Assembly (NCBI GenBank): GCA_964234715.1
Contig: OZ174286.1
Source of the DNA: Podarcis melisellensis
Taxonomy: Eukaryota
Length of the DNA stretch: 64,000 nucleotides
Reading direction: 5' to 3' (one strand)
Part shown: positions 59,935 through 64,000 of the stretch, piece after piece
How positions within the stretch are numbered: position 1 is the first letter of the stretch
How the letters are laid out: each line of letters begins with the position of its first letter
The notes under the pieces: model-generated
What the model saw: only the letters and a program-made list of their open reading frames with translations
Databases searched by the model: none
Told to the model about the DNA's origin: nothing
Program-made: the position numbers and the translations under genes

Positions 59935-61376
59935 TTACGTATATATGTCCGGAAATCCACAGTACTGAATTGTGGCCGGTCATTATGTACTCTCCTCCTT
60001 ATAGAACAGAACACATAGCAGCATACAACCTAATCATTTTTAACATCTAATCATTTGGGTTGCTTTCAAGAGTGGCATTCGACTTAAATTCTGAACCTTG
60101 GAATGATATGAACCTGTCTTCGGTGCATTCAAATGTTTAATGCCTTGTTTTTGAAATTCACACATCCACTGTTCTCTAGTGTCTGTGAAGCCATGGGCCC
60201 CCACCCTTCCCAGGAGGGAGCCCAGATTCCAAAGATGGTGGTCGGCTACCAACAATTATCATGACACCTCCACCCCCATTCACTGGGGCAGGATAAGACT
60301 GGATTTGTTCAACTTAACTAACCCCGTTTCCAGATGACTGATTCCTTGTAACTTGGTGCATTAGCCAAATGTTTGTTTCTTACTCTGAAGGTGGTCATAA
60401 AAGGCACTATTATTGTCATAAAAGTGTTTATGATTCACTCTATTGTTTACATATTGTTGAGCACGGTGTAGGGCCTTTTTGCTTGTTTCCTTCCCTCCTA
60501 TAGGTCTAATGTATAATAAAAACTAAAGTAACATTGCTGCACAATCTGGGTTTTTCCTCTCTACTTGGAAAAGGGGGAAGGTGGAGAAATTGTGGGATGG
60601 TTGTTGTGCTCCAGTTTGTTTGGCTTCATTCTCTTTTTCCCCACCCCTTTATGAGACTGGAGGCAATGACAGAAACCAGAAATGGTGATGTGTACCTGTG
60701 TGTTTGTAAAAATGATTTTTGTCCCGGTCCTCAGCTGAAAAGGCACCCAGAGGGGCTTACATGAGAACAATAATAAACAAGACAGAAGAATACACAATGC
60801 AAGAGGAAAACAAACAAACTGAGGCACCATTCTAAAAGTTACTAAGTTCCTATAGGAGCAGATTTTAATGAAAACAGTTCAGGGAAAGGAGAAGTCCAGT
60901 GGTCTCAGCAGAGCTGATTAATCTGCCCTGTCTCTCATCTTTCCTCCTGCCAGAGCCTGGTGAAATTATCAGCTGCTCCAATGTAAACATTATCTTACTC
61001 ATCATCAGCATATTATCATATATTTTTTATATATTGTGTGCCTGCCTTTCTCTAAATCCAAGATGTCTTACACTTATAGCCAAGGCAGGTTACAGACTTA
61101 ATATATGGATAGCCCAAATTCTGAAGCAAACATCTGAGTCAGTGGTTAGATTTCAGGGATTTGTTTTGCACCGCCTTGGAGGCAGATTATTTCTATAGTT
61201 TGGGAAGTAGTGGTGATCCAGGATAGCTATTGCACACAACCAAGCCATTGTTTGGAGGTTCTAGGTTTGAGCTTCTATAACTCAGAAAAAGGGGTTGGAG
61301 GCTTATTGCTTCTGTTCTGTTTCTGCTTCTTTGCTTTCCCTCTCCTTCTCATACTTCCATTTTCTTTTTCCTTAAG

Positions 61377-61442
61377 GTCAGTAGTGCTAGTTTGAAAGAT
61401 CCAAGCCCCCTGGCCTTTGAGCGTCACCCCTGGAGATGGAAG
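61377..61442 (+). CDS. SVIL: Putative cassette exon, 66 nt (VSSASLKDPSPLAFERHPWRWK)
   Basis: About 65-nt pyrimidine tract ending cttaag, donor AAG|GTGAAA; symmetric phase 0; open frame. Confidence 0.68.
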
Positions 61443-61689
61443 GTGAAATATTGCCTGTTCTGTCTGATTCTTTAGCTTAGAACCAAAACAATATGAAACT
61501 CAGTTTTGTGGTGACAGTCTTTGGGAGAATTGTCAGCAAACAGAATGTATTATTTGGCTGAATGGATTCCAGATTTCTGATAAGGGATCATTTTTGCAAA
61601 AAAAAAAAAAAAAAAAAGTTACATGTGCATAACTATCTAAATGCATGCAAACATATATGTGGGCTGGAATTAAAGACTCTTCAGTAGGT

Positions 61690-62060
61690 GCCAGAAGTCC
61701 AACAAGGAGGGTGCCTATTTGACCTCACCTGGAAAGGCGTTTCACAGAACTAAGCACACAATTCTGAATGCCTGGCTCCTCTAGTGGATATGATCCATAC
61801 ATCCTAGCCATTTGGGGGCACTAACAGTAACTCCCCTGAAGACCTTGGTGATTGGGCAGGGATGTAAGGGAATAGGCAGCCCTTGAGATACCCTGGACCC
61901 AATTGTTAAGGGCCTTGTTAATCAATCCAAAAACCTTGAACCTGGCCGAATAATGTATAGACAGTAAGTGCAAGCTTTTTAGCAGCTTATGTGCTGGTGA
62001 CACCATGTCTCCATCAACAGTCCAGCTGCAGGGTTTTTGCACATAGAGTGCATTGCAACA
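61690..62060 (-). mobile_element. Decayed L2 ORF2 C-terminal fragment
   Basis: ORF 61821-62108 contains DCCNALY...LKSLHLL...RFKV..LI.KAL, matching the L2 ORF2 pattern. Confidence 0.7.
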
Positions 62061-62856
62061 ATCCATGTATTCTGAAAGGAACCTTGGAAGCAGATTTAAT
62101 ATACACATGAAAGCATTTTTTTTCTCCTTCTGTCCTGTATCTTTCAGTTAAGTTTCATCCACTAGGCCACCATCTCCAATATCTCTCTTGATCTTCGTGT
62201 GTTCTGCTGTGCAGTGTGTCCATATGTTCAGAAGCAAAGTTGGTCATGCTAAGCACCAAAAAAAGTGATATGTCAGATCCAGTGAGCGTAGCAACGGATA
62301 AAGGTTTTCCCTCCCTTGGGTTTAACTCAGAACTGGGTTTCAAAGCTACCTCTTTTAATGATGTTTGAGTATGATTGCAACTTTTGAAACAAAGCAATAG
62401 GGCTCAGTGCTCTTCGCTTCATTAGTGATGAGAATGACTAATGCTATTCACATTATGGGTTCAAACAAGGTTGAGAAACCTGTCCCTCCCCCACATGTTG
62501 TTGGACAGTAGCTTCCATCATCCCTGACCCCCATTGGTCATGCTGTCTGAGGCTGATAGGAGTTCAGTAACACCTGAGCAGCCACAGGTTGCCATTCCTG
62601 GCACTGAGTTTTTTTATTGTACAGATTATCTTGCTTTTCATAGAATCATGCTAAACCATTTGTAGAGTTGTCTAATCCTACCTCCTGCAGTGCAGGAATC
62701 ACAACAAGTTTAGTTTGGGTGATTTGGTTTGATTATTTTTGGCATGTGTTGTGTTCAGTTGCAGAGAAAATGAACCCTTTTTGTTTTGAAGTCCTTTGGG
62801 ATCCTAGCAGAAATACTTCAGGCATTTTTGTCTGAATCAATGGTCTAGACGCACCA

Positions 62857-63150
62857 TTTAATAATAATAATGGGGCGGCTTCCAGCAAAATATTAAAATA
62901 CAATAATTCATCAGATATTAAAAGCTTCCCTAAACAGGGCTGCCTTCAGATGTCTTCTAAAAGTCAGATAGTTATTTATTTCTTTGACATCTGGTGGGAG
63001 GGCATTCCACAGAGCGGGTGCCACAACCGAGAAGGATCTCTGCCTGGTTCCCTGTAACTTTGCTTCTCTCAGTGAGGGAACTGACAGAAGGCCCTCAGCA
63101 CTGGGCCTCAGTGTCTGGGTAGAACGATGGGGGTGGAGACCCTCCTTCAG
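62857..63150 (-). mobile_element. L2-clade LINE 3' fragment
   Basis: ORF 62911-63168 reads RSFSVVAPALWNALP...TFRRHLKAALFREAF. Confidence 0.85.
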
Positions 63151-63842
63151 GTTTAAAGAGACCAGCACTAGTTACAAGCAGTGTGTGTTAGATATTTTTG
63201 CATTTTTCTTGAACACTTCCTTTTGTCACTACCGTGTATGCCCTTGGCACTGCCTTTTCTCTGGGTTTCATAAATGTTTTATGGTTGCACAAATATTTCT
63301 ATGTGGATCCCATCAATTCTTACCAGGCAATGAAAAGTTATTGGAGTTTTAGAACTTTGCAGATTAAGCCACTTCAACTCCCTGTAGTGGTCCAGAGTGC
63401 AGTTTATAGTCTTCCTTCCTTCCTTTGTTGCATTGCCTTGTATCCAAACGGAGAGATGAGTACATAGCAGTTGTATACATGTACAAAGAAAGGGATGGGG
63501 TAAAAGCATAAGACCCTTTCCAGGTATCTCAAAATTGACAGTTTTGCTTAGACGCAAAGCTGTTCTGAGCTGATTTGCTTCTCTTAGGTCAAGTCTGGGG
63601 AACCTGCAACCCTTCAGGTGTTCCAAGACTGCATCATCCCTCACCATTCGCCTTTCTGCTGATAAGAGTTGTTCTTTAACCTTGGGGTGGGGGCGCACAG
63701 ATTCCCCAGTTAGGGAAACTAACCTCATGATAAAGAAAGACACCATATAAGGGTTAGATCTTCACAGTTCAGAAAATCTGTCCATTTAGCCTTTCAAAAT
63801 ACCTTGAGAGATAAATACTTTCTGATATCCCCAGAGCAGCCA

Positions 63843-64000
63843 AGTAAAGGACCCCTAACCATTAGGTCCAGTCGTGGCTGACTCTAAGGTTGTGGCACTC
63901 ATCTCGCTTTATTGGCTGAGGGAGCCGGCGTACAGCTTCTGGGTCATGTGGCCAGCATGACTAAGCTGCTTCTGGCGAACCAGAGCAGCGCACGAAAACG
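63843..64000 (-). mobile_element. Sauria SINE 3' part, cut by the window edge
   Basis: gtaaaggacccct...ggtcatgtggccagcatgactaagctgcttctggc is the reverse complement of the family at 23920-24300. Confidence 0.85.

Larger units (their letters stand above)
19099..61442 (+). other. SVIL: Supervillin gene, 5' portion (gene continues past the window; gelsolin repeats and headpiece not present)
   Basis: Spliced translation matches the remembered supervillin N-terminus over many exons: [104 protein letters not shown]. All introns are GT-AG with compatible phases. Confidence 0.97.

Noticed and set aside
62911-63168. Intact-looking 85-aa ORF
   Set aside because: It is the C-terminal remnant of a 5'-truncated L2 ORF2, not an independent gene.
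12639-63752. Perfect CArG boxes at 12639, 19423, 21488, 37037, 57863 and 63743
   Set aside because: A rough estimate gives about five by chance in 64 kb of this base composition, so they are not enriched. Only those near candidate promoters are mentioned.

Overview
This is AT-rich vertebrate genomic DNA, most likely from a squamate reptile (probably a lacertid lizard), judged from Sauria-type SINEs and the hAT/Tc1 MITE families. It is not microbial: there are no operons, rRNA or tRNA genes, or CRISPR arrays. The window covers the 5' half of the supervillin gene (SVIL) on the + strand. I traced by hand 17 GT-AG coding exons from the canonical start (ATG 29621, [17 protein letters not shown]...) to 61442. 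All splice phases are compatible and the total is 3612 nt (1204 codons). These include the symmetric muscle/archvillin-type cassettes and three small symmetric cassettes of 48, 78 and 66 nt. The gelsolin repeats and villin headpiece lie downstream, outside the window. The most interesting observation is that the apparent 5'UTR exons (19099-19159, 22943-23009, 26165-26256, 29571-29620) splice into an unbroken in-frame 90-aa N-terminal extension from a Kozak-context ATG. This extension carries a KEN box, an RxRxxS site and an extra copy of supervillin's repeated 'V..L..LF' helix, and splice choices could switch it off. The introns hold SINEs, L2/CR1 fragments, MITEs with target-site duplications, a Penelope-derived palindrome, an LTR-like element with an antisense promoter, and microsatellites. 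Most entries in the ORF track are spurious. I found no evidence for a wholly new biological system beyond these isoform and regulatory features.
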